This document shows, one piece after another, positions 1-8,705 of a stretch of 64,000 bases of DNA; within the stretch, counting starts at the first letter, position 1, and each line of letters begins with the position of its first letter. The position numbers and the translations under genes were made by a program. Source of the DNA: a virus. A model generated the notes under the pieces. It was not told the DNA's origin, did no database searches, and worked only from the letters and a program-made list of their open reading frames with translations. The DNA lies in the IMG/VR virus record IMGVR_UViG_3300017955_000001, positions 16,634 through 80,633 of that record; one strand, given 5' to 3'.

Positions 1-2
1 TG

Positions 3-395
3 TCGTTGTTCCTCCACGCGTCCTGGTCGCACTTGCTGGGCAACGTCGTCGTCCTGGTCGCCGCCGGCTCGCTCGTCGAGCGCGAGGTCGGCTCGCTCCG
101 GTTCGCGCTGATCTACCTCGCAGCCGGTCTCGCAGGTGCCGCCCTGCACGTCGCCGTCGACGCGAACACGTTGGTCGGTAACTCGGGGGCGCTCTGCGGA
201 CTGCTCGCGGTCGTCGGCGCAATTCGCCCCCGCCTGCTCGGCTTCGCGGCCGGCTTCGTCGGCTGGAACGTCTGGCTGGCCTGGTCGGGGACCACCGACA
301 ACGTCAGCTTCGCCGCCCACCTCGGTGGTTTTTCTGTCGGGGCCCTGTTCGTCCTGGTCGCGCGGGCGCGCGGCGGCGTGCTGGAGGCCGCGTGA
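3..395 (+). CDS. Rhomboid intramembrane serine protease (5'-partial)
   Basis: FLHASWSHLLGN, GNSG (catalytic Ser), AHLGG (catalytic His), several hydrophobic helices; frame open at the window edge. Confidence 0.9.
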   Translation, partial: SLFLHASWSHLLGNVVVLVAAGSLVEREVGSLRFALIYLAAGLAGAALHVAVDANTLVGNSGALCGLLAVVGAIRPRLLGFAAGFVGWNVWLAWSGTTDNVSFAAHLGGFSVGALFVLVARARGGVLEAA

Positions 396-682
396 GACCC
401 ATCGTCGCCCCCAGCACCCTCCGCAAGCGGCAGAGGGCGCTCGACATGCTGCGCGTCGAGTACGCGTGCCTGCGCCGCACCGCGCTCGCCGTGAAGGCGG
501 TCTGGCGCGCGACCGGCCTCGGCAAGCACCTGCTGCAGCGCGAGGAGGCCACCGGCGCCGCGCTGATGGCGCGGTACGAGGTCAAGCACGCGGTCGCCTC
601 GCTCGCCCGGCTCGACGTGCAGCCGGGCGGTCGACTGTCGCCGCGGGAGCTGGCCAGGCGGGCCAGCCGGAGGTCGACATGA
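392..682 (+). CDS. Hypothetical protein
   Basis: 96-aa ORF with GTGA/ATGA overlaps to both neighbours. Confidence 0.6.
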   Translation: MRPIVAPSTLRKRQRALDMLRVEYACLRRTALAVKAVWRATGLGKHLLQREEATGAALMARYEVKHAVASLARLDVQPGGRLSPRELARRASRRST

Positions 683-969
683 CGAAGTGGGAGCCGGTCG
701 AACTCGAGCTGGAGCGCGACGGGTACCTCGCGCGCGTGTCGCGCCAGCTCACCCGCTCCGGCCGGTGGCGCTGGGCCGTGACGCCCGTGGAGGTCGTCCA
801 GCGGTTCAACCACTCCGTCGTCGAGCACGCCTACGCGCGCGGGTACGCGCGCGGGCGCGATGGCGCCTGCCGCGCGGCGGAGGCCTCCATCGCAGCGCTC
901 AAGGCAGCCGGTGCCGAACCGGCGAAGGTTCTAGAGAAGGTCCGCAAGCGCATCCCGGGAGGGTCCTGA
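679..969 (+). CDS. Hypothetical protein
   Basis: MTKWEPVELEL...; GGAGG before ATG 679, coupled to neighbours. Confidence 0.7.
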   Translation: MTKWEPVELELERDGYLARVSRQLTRSGRWRWAVTPVEVVQRFNHSVVEHAYARGYARGRDGACRAAEASIAALKAAGAEPAKVLEKVRKRIPGGS

Positions 970-1421
970 TGATCGGTATCGAAATAACCCTGCGCGCGCT
1001 CGCCGCCCGCGCAGAGGCCGACCGCCTCGACCCCGAGGTCCACCGCTGGGCGCGCCGAGCGACCGACGCTGCGCCCGACGCCCACGGCAAGGTTCGCGCG
1101 ATCGCCGAGGCGATGCGCTCACAGTTCCACGTGAACTACTGGGACCAGGTGGTTATGGAATCGGAGAACTTCGTCAGCTTGGCCAAGCTGGTCGCCACCA
1201 GCGACGTCCTCATCGACGCGGAAGACGCGTGCCTGCTCGTCGTCGCCACCGCGCGGAGCGTGGGCATCCCCTGCCAGTTCGTGGCCGTGCGGTACGGACA
1301 GTCGTGGACGTGCTGGCTCGCCTACTTCGCCGCCGGCGAGTGGCACCTCTTCGACCCGACCTCCCAGCGCCCCGACGCGGAGCCCGACGAGAAGGTCTTC
1401 GGGCCGGTACCCGGATCATGA
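969..1421 (+). CDS. Transglutaminase-like fold protein, catalytic triad apparently degenerate
   Basis: IDAEDACLLVVATARSVGIPCQFV...W...GEWHLFDPT resembles DC.D.A.L...L.R..GIP.R.V..H.W...W...DPT. Confidence 0.6.
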   Translation: MIGIEITLRALAARAEADRLDPEVHRWARRATDAAPDAHGKVRAIAEAMRSQFHVNYWDQVVMESENFVSLAKLVATSDVLIDAEDACLLVVATARSVGIPCQFVAVRYGQSWTCWLAYFAAGEWHLFDPTSQRPDAEPDEKVFGPVPGS

Positions 1422-1714
1422 CGGACCCTGTCACCTGCCTCCACGGTGCCCTCCCGAACGCCTGCGCGTTCGCCGGCTGCCACCACTTCGCGCCCGACGG
1501 CCCCCGCGACGAGAAGTGGGCGTTCCGTCCAGGCACGACCGACGAGGACGTCGCCGCCGCGCTCGCGGAGAACGAGGCGCAGCACGCGCGGGCACCCGGC
1601 AGCGCGAGCCCGATCCACCTGGTCGTCGACAGGAAGATGCGGGACAGACTCGACGGATCCAGGTGCCCGACGTGCGCGGGGACGGGGATCCTGAAAAAAG
1701 GAGAGCAGGTCTGA
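1418..1714 (+). CDS. Hypothetical Cys/His-containing protein
   Basis: ATGA overlap; C-terminal CPTCAGTG. Confidence 0.6.
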   Translation: MTDPVTCLHGALPNACAFAGCHHFAPDGPRDEKWAFRPGTTDEDVAAALAENEAQHARAPGSASPIHLVVDRKMRDRLDGSRCPTCAGTGILKKGEQV

Positions 1715-2145
1715 TGGGCCTCTACAACATGGTGTTCAAGACGAGCCCGCAGATGCCGCTCGTCATGGCGCTGCTCGAGAGGCAGCCGTCCGACTTCGGC
1801 CGCTTCCGCGACGCGTGGGTCGAGAGGGACGACTCGCAGCCGTCGGGCCTGCGGCTCGTCGTCTACACCCGCAACGGCGGAGGCAACCGCGCGGAGTGCA
1901 TGCCGGACTTCGCCGCCGACCCGCTCTACCTATCCGACCGCGACGACGACTACGACTCCACGTACGCGGTCATCTACTTCCGCGTCCCGGACCCACTACC
2001 GCAGTCGCTGCTCGACGCGTGCCCGCCGGAGTTCAACACGCCGGAGACCCTCCTCGCGAAGGTCCGGTCGGTCGCGCTCGACCCGGTGGACACGCGGGCG
2101 CGGTGGGAGAGGGCGATCGAGTCCCTCAAGGGGGCGAAGCCGTGA
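1714..2145 (+). CDS. Conserved phage hypothetical protein
   Basis: GRFRDAW...VYTRNGGGNR...DDDYDSTYA pattern typical of a widespread phage family. Confidence 0.7.
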   Translation: MGLYNMVFKTSPQMPLVMALLERQPSDFGRFRDAWVERDDSQPSGLRLVVYTRNGGGNRAECMPDFAADPLYLSDRDDDYDSTYAVIYFRVPDPLPQSLLDACPPEFNTPETLLAKVRSVALDPVDTRARWERAIESLKGAKP

Positions 2146-2291
2146 CGAAGTGGCTCCCGTGGCTGCCGATCCTGTTCGTGGCGCTCATCGCCGTCCCCGC
2201 GGCGTTCCGCGTGGGCGACCGCGAGGACCCGCTCGGCAGGGGCTTCCGGTCGTTCCGCGAGCGGATGCGGGGAGGAGGGGCGAAGCGGTGA
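2142..2291 (+). CDS. Small membrane protein
   Basis: GTG start; WLPWLPILFVALIAVPAAF hydrophobic helix. Confidence 0.5.
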   Translation: MTKWLPWLPILFVALIAVPAAFRVGDREDPLGRGFRSFRERMRGGGAKR

Positions 2292-2680
2292 GCAGGAGGG
2301 GCGAGGCGGCGACCGAGCACGAGAGGGCCCTCGCGGCGTTCAAGCGGTTCGCCGCGGCCGGCTACGCGCGCGAGCGGTTCACGCCGGCACTCTACAAGGC
2401 GCTGACCTTCTCGTTCGGGTTCGTCGCGCACTACGACCTCGGCGGGTTCTACGGTGCGCGGTTCGAGACGGCCGACCGGCGCGTCACCACTCTTGAGCAG
2501 GTCCTAAATTACAACGCTACGTCGCCGTTCGAGATGTCTCTGCGGCAGTACGTGCTCGAGAAGGGGTTGCTCGACGCAGAGCGGCGCCTGGCCGCAGAGC
2601 AGCTCGAGGCGCGCGAGCGCGCGGAGCTGGCGCGGCTGAAGGCCAAGTACGAGCCAGCCGAGGAGGATACGCTGCCGTGA
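2288..2680 (+). CDS. Hypothetical protein
   Basis: GGAGG SD and GTGA overlap; globular sequence FTPALYKALTFSFGFVAHYDLGGFY. Confidence 0.65.
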   Translation: MSRRGEAATEHERALAAFKRFAAAGYARERFTPALYKALTFSFGFVAHYDLGGFYGARFETADRRVTTLEQVLNYNATSPFEMSLRQYVLEKGLLDAERRLAAEQLEARERAELARLKAKYEPAEEDTLP

Positions 2681-2825
2681 AGACCGCCAGACGAAGAGGG
2701 AATCGGCTGCCGTCCTACGACGAGCTACTGGCCGCCGCCGAGTCGGTGTCCCGCGGCTTTTCGCCGTCAGCAGCCTTGTGGAATCACCTTGCGCATGATG
2801 CAGCATCTTGCTACAAGATGACACG

Positions 2826-2898
2826 ACCCTCGTAGCTCAGTTGGAAGAGCACCGGTATACGGAACCGGAGGTCCCTCGTTCGAGCCGAGGCGATGGTC
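2826..2898 (+). tRNA. trnR-ACG: tRNA-Arg (anticodon ACG), CCA not encoded
   Basis: Cloverleaf: acceptor ACCCTCG/CGATGGT (one mismatch), D stem GCTC/GAGC with A20, anticodon stem CCGGT/ACCGG with loop ATACGGA, T stem CCTCG/CGAGG with loop TTCGAGC. Confidence 0.85.
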
Positions 2899-2940
2899 CC
2901 GAGTAGCCGACACAAGTTCGGCCTCGTCGTGGAGGAAGTG

Positions 2941-5040
2941 ATGGTCAAGTCAGTCGCGGCGCCCCCGGCGCTTGGCGAGATGAGTGCGTTCGCTAGCATG
3001 GTCGAGCGGTCGTTCCAGGCGCTCGTCTCGCGCCCCGAGGTCTTCATCTCAGACGTCGAGCCCGACACGATCTGGGCGGAGTACCTCGCGGCGTTCCCGG
3101 AGGGATTGAACCCGGTCTTCCGCAAACGGACGGATCACGACTGCGGGTGCTGCCGGCAGTTCGTCAAGCGCGCGGGCATCGCCGTGGGCTTCGACGGCGT
3201 CGGCCACTTGAAGACGGTCTGGGATGCTGCGGCTACCGACGCGCCGGGAGTCTACCGGATCGTCGCCGGTCGACTGCGCGATATCGTTCAGGCTGCGGGT
3301 ATCCGCGATCTCTACCGGGTCGGTGAGCGGGAGGCTCACTTCGGATCGGCCAAGACGCGCGTCCTCGACAAGTCGACCGGTGCGGTCTGCACGTGGGAGC
3401 ACCTCCGCAGCGGTGAAGTCCCGAAGGCCATCCGCGTCCGCTCGCCCGCCGAAGCGCAGGGCTCGTACCGGACGACGGTCCAGGTCTTCGAGCGAGGCTT
3501 GAAGGAACTGTCTCTGGAAGCGGTCGATACGGTGATCTCGCTCGTCGATGCGAACGCCATCTACCGCGGCGAGGAGCACAAGCCGGCGCTGCTGGCGTTC
3601 CGCAGCGCGATGCTCGCGTACGCCGCCGCCAGCGGGCAGCAGGCGGCCATCTTCGCCTGGGCGAACGCGGGGAGCCACGCGGCACGCTTCCGGAACACGG
3701 TCATCGGCACGCTGGTGCAAGACCTCTCCGAGGGGCAGGACGTCGAGCGCGCAGTCAAGGCGTTCGAGACGAAGGTCGCCCCGGAGAACTACAAGCGCAC
3801 GACGGCGCTCATCACGCCCGGCATGGTCAAGAAGGCCATGGAGACCATCACGGAGCTGGGGCTCGAACCGGCCCTGGAGCGACGCTTCGCGGTGATCGGC
3901 GACGTCTCGGTGAGCGACGTCAAGTGGGTGGACGGGTCGGTGAAGCCCTTGATGAAGGGAGGGATCGGCGAAGCGTTGATGAAGCACGCCGAGGCCGGCC
4001 GTCCGTCGAGCGGCGACGAGGAGCGTGCGGAGGAGATCGAGCTCGACGAGTTCGTCTCCGCCGTTCTGCCGAGTGCGTCGGGTCTCGAGGTCATGTTCAA
4101 GGGCGCGCACGTCGGCAACCTGATGTCGCTGACGGCGCCGTGTCACCCGGAGCCCGCGCGACTCTTCCGGTGGTCGAACGACTTCGCCTGGTCCTACGGT
4201 GGCAACGTCGCCGACTCGATCGCCGAGCGCGTGAAGAAGGCCGGCGGCAAGGTCGAGGGCGCGCTCCGCGTCTCGCTCTCCTGGTCGAACTTCGACGACC
4301 TCGACATCCACATCTTCGAGCCGCCTGGTCGGGGTGTCTACGCGGCGCAGGGTCACATCTTCTTCGGTGCGAAGCGCGGCTGGACGGGCGGCGTCCTCGA
4401 CGTCGACATGAACGCCGGGCACGGGACGTCGCGCGAGCCCGTCGAGAACGTCGTCTGGACGAAGGCGCCCCCGGACGGACCCTATCGGGTCGTCGTCCAC
4501 AACTACTGCTGGCGCGAGTCGAGCGGCCCAGGATTCGTCGTCGAGGTCGAGTCGGGCGGCAAGCTCTCGCACTTCTCGTACAACAAGGGCGTCCGCAACC
4601 AGGCGGAGGTCGCCGTCGCGACGCTCCACGTCCGGGGCGGTGTCGTCGAGCGGATCGAGGTCGGTGACCCGGCGATCTCCGCGTCGAACATCTCGCAGGA
4701 GAAGTGGGGCCTGCACACCGAGCAGTACGTAAAGGTCTCGGCCGTGATGCTCTCGCCGAATTACTGGGGCGACAACGCGGTCGGCAACAAGCACACATTC
4801 TTCGTGATCGATGGAGCGAAGAATGACGAGCCGACGCGCGGTTTCTACAACGAGTTCCTGCACCCGCGGCTCGTCGAGCACCGCAAGGTCTTCGAGGTCA
4901 TCGCGGACAAGACGAAGTGCCGTCCGACTGACGGGCAGCTCTCTGGGCTCGGCTTCTCGTCGACCAAGCGCGACACCTTCCTCGCGCGAGTCCATCAGGG
5001 CAAGAAGTATCGAGTGTTCAACGTGCAGGTCGGCATATAG
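2941..5040 (+). CDS. Large conserved phage protein with a YfaP/DUF2135-like internal domain
   Basis: GGAGG SD; N-terminal WAEYLAAFPEG...HDCGCCRQF; internal SLSWSNFDDLDIHIFEP...LDVDMN...PVENVVW. Confidence 0.8.
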   Translation: MVKSVAAPPALGEMSAFASMVERSFQALVSRPEVFISDVEPDTIWAEYLAAFPEGLNPVFRKRTDHDCGCCRQFVKRAGIAVGFDGVGHLKTVWDAAATDAPGVYRIVAGRLRDIVQAAGIRDLYRVGEREAHFGSAKTRVLDKSTGAVCTWEHLRSGEVPKAIRVRSPAEAQGSYRTTVQVFERGLKELSLEAVDTVISLVDANAIYRGEEHKPALLAFRSAMLAYAAASGQQAAIFAWANAGSHAARFRNTVIGTLVQDLSEGQDVERAVKAFETKVAPENYKRTTALITPGMVKKAMETITELGLEPALERRFAVIGDVSVSDVKWVDGSVKPLMKGGIGEALMKHAEAGRPSSGDEERAEEIELDEFVSAVLPSASGLEVMFKGAHVGNLMSLTAPCHPEPARLFRWSNDFAWSYGGNVADSIAERVKKAGGKVEGALRVSLSWSNFDDLDIHIFEPPGRGVYAAQGHIFFGAKRGWTGGVLDVDMNAGHGTSREPVENVVWTKAPPDGPYRVVVHNYCWRESSGPGFVVEVESGGKLSHFSYNKGVRNQAEVAVATLHVRGGVVERIEVGDPAISASNISQEKWGLHTEQYVKVSAVMLSPNYWGDNAVGNKHTFFVIDGAKNDEPTRGFYNEFLHPRLVEHRKVFEVIADKTKCRPTDGQLSGLGFSSTKRDTFLARVHQGKKYRVFNVQVGI

Positions 5041-5064
5041 GCTGACTAGAAAAAGAGAACGACC

Positions 5065-5481
5065 ATGTCCAACATCTTCGAGTACGCAACGCGCAACAAA
5101 CTGCGCTTCCAGTCATCGCGTGGGGCGCTCACCGTCGAGCAGCTCTGGGAGGTCCCTCTCCGGTCGAAGTCCGGCGACGACTTCAATCTCGACGCCGTCG
5201 CGAAAGTCGCCAACCGCGCGCTCAAGTCGGTCAGCGAGGAGAGCTTCGTCGAGACGGAGCGGACGCCGGCTCACGAGCAGGTCGAGATCGCGCTCGATGT
5301 CGTCAAGCACGTCATCGGCGTGAAGCTCGCCGAGGAGCAGGCGGCAGAGCGCCGGGCGGCGAACAAGATCAAGCGGGAGAGGCTGCTCGCCGCGCTGGCC
5401 GACAAGGAGGCCGGCAAGCTCTCCGAGATGTCGATCAAGGAGCTGCGGCGCCAGATCGAAACGCTCGACGCCGACGCCTGA
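5065..5481 (+). CDS. Conserved phage protein (usual partner of the upstream gene)
   Basis: MSNIFEYATRNKLRF.S.RG.LTVEQLW.VPL, coiled-coil C-terminus. Confidence 0.8.
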   Translation: MSNIFEYATRNKLRFQSSRGALTVEQLWEVPLRSKSGDDFNLDAVAKVANRALKSVSEESFVETERTPAHEQVEIALDVVKHVIGVKLAEEQAAERRAANKIKRERLLAALADKEAGKLSEMSIKELRRQIETLDADA

Positions 5482-5493
5482 GAGGAGAAGAAC

Positions 5494-5673
5494 GTGGCCA
5501 CTAGGAACGGTGCGATCGACAGGGGTGTGCTTCTCCGCCTCGCGGCGGACGCGCAGCTAGATCCTCGCACCGTCAAGAAGGCCCTGGAGTTGGGCCTCGA
5601 TCACATGAAGAGTGACTACGACCGGGTGAGGTTGAGGGAGGCGGCGGCGAAGCACGGGGTGAAGTTGAAGTAA
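5494..5673 (+). CDS. Small HTH-like protein (59 aa, below the ORF-track cut-off)
   Basis: GAGGAG SD, GTG start; LLRLAADAQLDPRTVKKAL resembles an HTH. Confidence 0.6.
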   Translation: MATRNGAIDRGVLLRLAADAQLDPRTVKKALELGLDHMKSDYDRVRLREAAAKHGVKLK

Positions 5674-5703
5674 CAGACGAATGCGCGAGGAGGACCCGCT
5701 GCC

Positions 5704-5943
5704 GTGAGAGACGCTGATAAAGACTGGACCCCCACGCCCGAGCAGCAGGCGTCTGTCGAGATCTTGCAGACCACCAACGCGGTCGCCGAGGCCGCAGACA
5801 GCCTCAAGGCGGAGTCGGGACCGCGCGGGTACGTCTGCGTCGAGGTCGACGAGTGGGACCGCCTCCAAGCGCTCGTCAGGGCGCGCCAGCGCGCCCTCGC
5901 ACACCTCGTCGACTTGAAGTCCAAGCAGGGTGGCGGCGAGTGA
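5704..5943 (+). CDS. Hypothetical protein
   Basis: 79-aa ORF in operon context. Confidence 0.55.
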   Translation: MRDADKDWTPTPEQQASVEILQTTNAVAEAADSLKAESGPRGYVCVEVDEWDRLQALVRARQRALAHLVDLKSKQGGGE

Positions 5944-6275
5944 AGCGCACCATCGTCCTGACCGATGACGGCCAGCGCGTGGCCGTCATCCGCCCGCGCA
6001 CGCGCCTGCTCGCGCAGACCGCCGTCGCGATGGCGGAGGTCGCCGTGAGCCACAACGACGGATCCGTCTTCGCCAGCATCCCGAGCGAGGTCGGCGAGTA
6101 CACCTTCGAGGGGTTCCTCGCCCGGGACAAGCGCGGCAAGCCCAGCGTCGTCAACGACGACGGGAGCTACCGCTGCGAGCTGCAGTCCGGCGACTCGTTC
6201 GTCGGGGAGTGGGACCTGAAGGAGAACGCCTCGCCCGTCGAGGCGCCGTCTGAAGAGAAGGAGGACCCGCGATGA
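5940..6275 (+). CDS. Hypothetical protein
   Basis: GTGA-coupled ORF MKRTIVLTDDG... Confidence 0.6.
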   Translation: MKRTIVLTDDGQRVAVIRPRTRLLAQTAVAMAEVAVSHNDGSVFASIPSEVGEYTFEGFLARDKRGKPSVVNDDGSYRCELQSGDSFVGEWDLKENASPVEAPSEEKEDPR

Positions 6276-6523
6276 GCTGCTACTGCGACGGGTGCGACCC
6301 CGGCTGCCCGGTGTGCCACCCCGACATGGCGGAGGACGCGCGCGCCGACCTTCGGGCGCTCCAGCGCGCCCAACTCACCCTGCTCGCCGCCGCCGCGAAG
6401 GACACCGGCGTTTCGGACCGGAGCACCGAGGTCCTCCGAGCCGCCAATGCCTACCGCGATGCCGCGAAGCGGGCCAACCGCTGGAACGCGTTCGGGACCG
6501 CTCTCAAGGAGACCAGACCGTGA
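6272..6523 (+). CDS. Hypothetical protein with an N-terminal Cys cluster
   Basis: MSCYCDGCDPGCPVCHP; GGAGG SD. Confidence 0.65.
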   Translation: MSCYCDGCDPGCPVCHPDMAEDARADLRALQRAQLTLLAAAAKDTGVSDRSTEVLRAANAYRDAAKRANRWNAFGTALKETRP

Positions 6524-6915
6524 GCGCCCGCACCGCAGCTCACTGCCAGGACGCGCTGCGCTGGCTCAAGCAGCGCGGCTGGGACCTCGCCCCCCTCACG
6601 GGCCAAGACCAGGCCGCCCTGCGCGCCGTCGCCCACTGCTGGGAGATGTGGACGCGGAGCGACGAGGCCGGGCGGCGCGCCGCCGTCAGCGCGGCCGCCG
6701 CCCTGCTCGACGGGTGCCAGGAGTCCTGCTGGCCGATGGCGCGCGAGCTGGTCGCGCAGGCCGGCGACTGGGGCCACCGCACTGCCGTCTGGGACCAGGT
6801 GGTCGATCGGTTCGACTGGCAGCACCGGCAGCGGGCGCTCGTGGACGTGCGGGTCCTCGAGCGGTGCGGCAGGCTCGCGTGGTGCCACAAGGGGCTCGCG
6901 CAGGTGCACCCGTGA
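6520..6915 (+). CDS. Hypothetical protein
   Basis: GTGA-coupled, helical Trp-rich ORF. Confidence 0.6.
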   Translation: MSARTAAHCQDALRWLKQRGWDLAPLTGQDQAALRAVAHCWEMWTRSDEAGRRAAVSAAAALLDGCQESCWPMARELVAQAGDWGHRTAVWDQVVDRFDWQHRQRALVDVRVLERCGRLAWCHKGLAQVHP

Positions 6916-7157
6916 CCAGCTACCGCGTCACCGTCCGCAACGCCTCGCCCGGCGTCCTGCTGCTGCGCGGGGGTGTCCTGCTCTTCAAGACGGAATACGC
7001 CCAGGCGCTGAAGCCAGGCCAGGACGAGCCCGACCCGGAGGTCTACGTGCTCGCGAGCGGCGAGTGCTACGCGGGTGACGGGTACGACGTCGACTGCGTC
7101 AACGTCACCGACGAGCTGATCGCCGGGTTCGACTTGGGCCCGTGGGAAGCGCCGTGA
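6912..7157 (+). CDS. Hypothetical protein
   Basis: GTGA-coupled ORF MTSYRVTVRNA... Confidence 0.55.
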   Translation: MTSYRVTVRNASPGVLLLRGGVLLFKTEYAQALKPGQDEPDPEVYVLASGECYAGDGYDVDCVNVTDELIAGFDLGPWEAP

Positions 7158-7173
7158 AGGGGCGCGTCGGCCA

Positions 7174-7551
7174 GTGAACGCGACCATCCGCTACAAGAAC
7201 TCCCGCTTCGGCGCGAGCGCCACCGTGCCGTGCCGGTACTGCGGGCTGGCGCTGACCCGCGGCGAGGCGACCGTCGAGCACCTCGTGCCGAGGTCCAAGG
7301 GCGGCAAGGACGTGCGCGGCAACTTCGACGTCACCTGCTACGACTGCAACGTCAACAAGGGCGACCTCTCCGAGCAGGAGTTCCTGGCGCTGCCCGAGGA
7401 GGCGCGCCGCAGGAAGCACCGGTGGCCGCCGCACCTGCGGCAGGCTAGGGCGCGCGCCGAGCGCGTCCGCCGTATCACCGCGCCGAAGAAGAAGGGCAAG
7501 AAGAAGAGGCCAGCCCACTGGTCGTGGGGTACGGACGGGGTGAACGAGTAA
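7174..7551 (+). CDS. HNH endonuclease
   Basis: CRYCG...TVEHLVPRSKGG...NFDVTCYDCNVNK. Confidence 0.9.
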   Translation: MNATIRYKNSRFGASATVPCRYCGLALTRGEATVEHLVPRSKGGKDVRGNFDVTCYDCNVNKGDLSEQEFLALPEEARRRKHRWPPHLRQARARAERVRRITAPKKKGKKKRPAHWSWGTDGVNE

Positions 7552-7565
7552 AAGGAGCGACGACG

Positions 7566-8156
7566 ATGGCACTGTCGAACTGGGACACGCTGGCGGTGGA
7601 CGAGAGTGGGACCCCGAACGGGGGGAGTTTCACGAGCCCGATGGGCGTGGTGGTCGAGTTCTACAAGAACTGGATCTACGTCTCCGACGCGAAGGCGTGG
7701 CGAGAAGGTGGTGGGTACGTCGAACCGATCGTCATGCAGGTCCAGAGCGGAGAGATCGAGTACCAGGACGTCCACGTGCTGGCGCTGCGCGGGCCCCAGA
7801 ACGGCGTCTACGCCGCGGTGTGGGTCGGGTTCGGTAGCGACGCGACGGGCATGATCGGCTGCGGCGTGTACGGATACGACGGCGACGAGTTCGTCGGCGT
7901 CAGATCCGACTCGGTCCAGTGGTTCCGCGACAAGCTGGCCGAGAAGGCGGCGGACACCACCAGCCTCAGCGAGCCGTTCGAGTACGACGTCTACGACGTA
8001 CCGGACTCACTTCGGAGAGTCGACTGGAGCAAGGCGCTCCGCTTCAACCAGGGAGACGCCTACTTTGCTGCCCGAGTCGGGGCCGCCACGCCCGCGACCG
8101 AACCGGGGATGACCAACCCGACCATCCTGTCTCGTCTCCTAGACGGGGATCGGTGA
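7566..8156 (+). CDS. Hypothetical protein
   Basis: AAGGAG SD, ATG 7566, MALSNWDTLAVDE... Confidence 0.75.
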   Translation: MALSNWDTLAVDESGTPNGGSFTSPMGVVVEFYKNWIYVSDAKAWREGGGYVEPIVMQVQSGEIEYQDVHVLALRGPQNGVYAAVWVGFGSDATGMIGCGVYGYDGDEFVGVRSDSVQWFRDKLAEKAADTTSLSEPFEYDVYDVPDSLRRVDWSKALRFNQGDAYFAARVGAATPATEPGMTNPTILSRLLDGDR

Positions 8157-8169
8157 TCGGAGACGGACC

Positions 8170-8451
8170 GTGCCCATTGACCTTCGACGCAGGGGCACCG
8201 TGACGCCCGAGGACCAGCTCCGGCGGTGGGCGGACGGCGACCCCGCCTGCCCGAACACCTCCGGCGAGTGCTGCCCCGACTTCTCGTGCTGCCGGCCGAA
8301 GCTGCTGTGGCCGGAGGAGAAGAGGCGTCGGTTCCTCGCCGCCGACCGCGGCACCCGGGAGAAGATGCTGGTGGGCGCGCTCGCCGCGCTCGTCGCCGAC
8401 GTCGGCGGCCGGGCGCACGTCACGCGCGGCGTGCCGGGGGACCGCGAGTGA
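8170..8451 (+). CDS. Hypothetical Cys-rich protein (start uncertain, possibly 8200)
   Basis: CPNTSGECCPDFSCC motif. Confidence 0.6.
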   Translation: MPIDLRRRGTVTPEDQLRRWADGDPACPNTSGECCPDFSCCRPKLLWPEEKRRRFLAADRGTREKMLVGALAALVADVGGRAHVTRGVPGDRE

Positions 8452-8487
8452 AGTCTCGGGCACTTGCGCGTGCGCCCCGCAGTTCTC

Positions 8488-8517
8488 TTGACCGACATCG
8501 CCAGGCAGCTCTAGTGT
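8488..8517 (+). promoter_or_regulatory. Sigma70-like promoter upstream of the primase-helicase
   Basis: TTGACC-18 nt-TAGTGT. Confidence 0.5.
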
Positions 8518-8523
8518 CGCTGT

Positions 8524-8705
8524 CGAACTCAGGCGAGGTGTAGCAGCCGGACCTGGGTTCCGCCCTCCGAAGGGGGGCCGCGTGTTGGTGCTCGCCGGGC
8601 CGGGTTCGTGTCCCATCCCGGCGACTGCTACCGCGCGAGCCCGCGGGCGGTCCCTCTTCGGGCGGGCGTCGTCGTGCGCGCAGGAAAGGGACAGGTCCGC
8701 GACAG
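8524..8705 (+). ncRNA. Candidate structured 5' leader RNA
   Basis: Long-range complementarities: 8540-8550 with 8618-8631, 8548-8555 with 8692-8699, 8650-8655 with 8687-8692. Confidence 0.35.

Noticed and set aside
2790-2820. Promoter for the tRNA (TTGCGC-17-TACAAG)
   Set aside because: The -10 lacks the conserved final T; too weak to call.
3049-4995. 648-aa minus-strand ORF
   Set aside because: It is an antisense shadow of the real plus-strand gene, a common high-GC artefact with no motifs.
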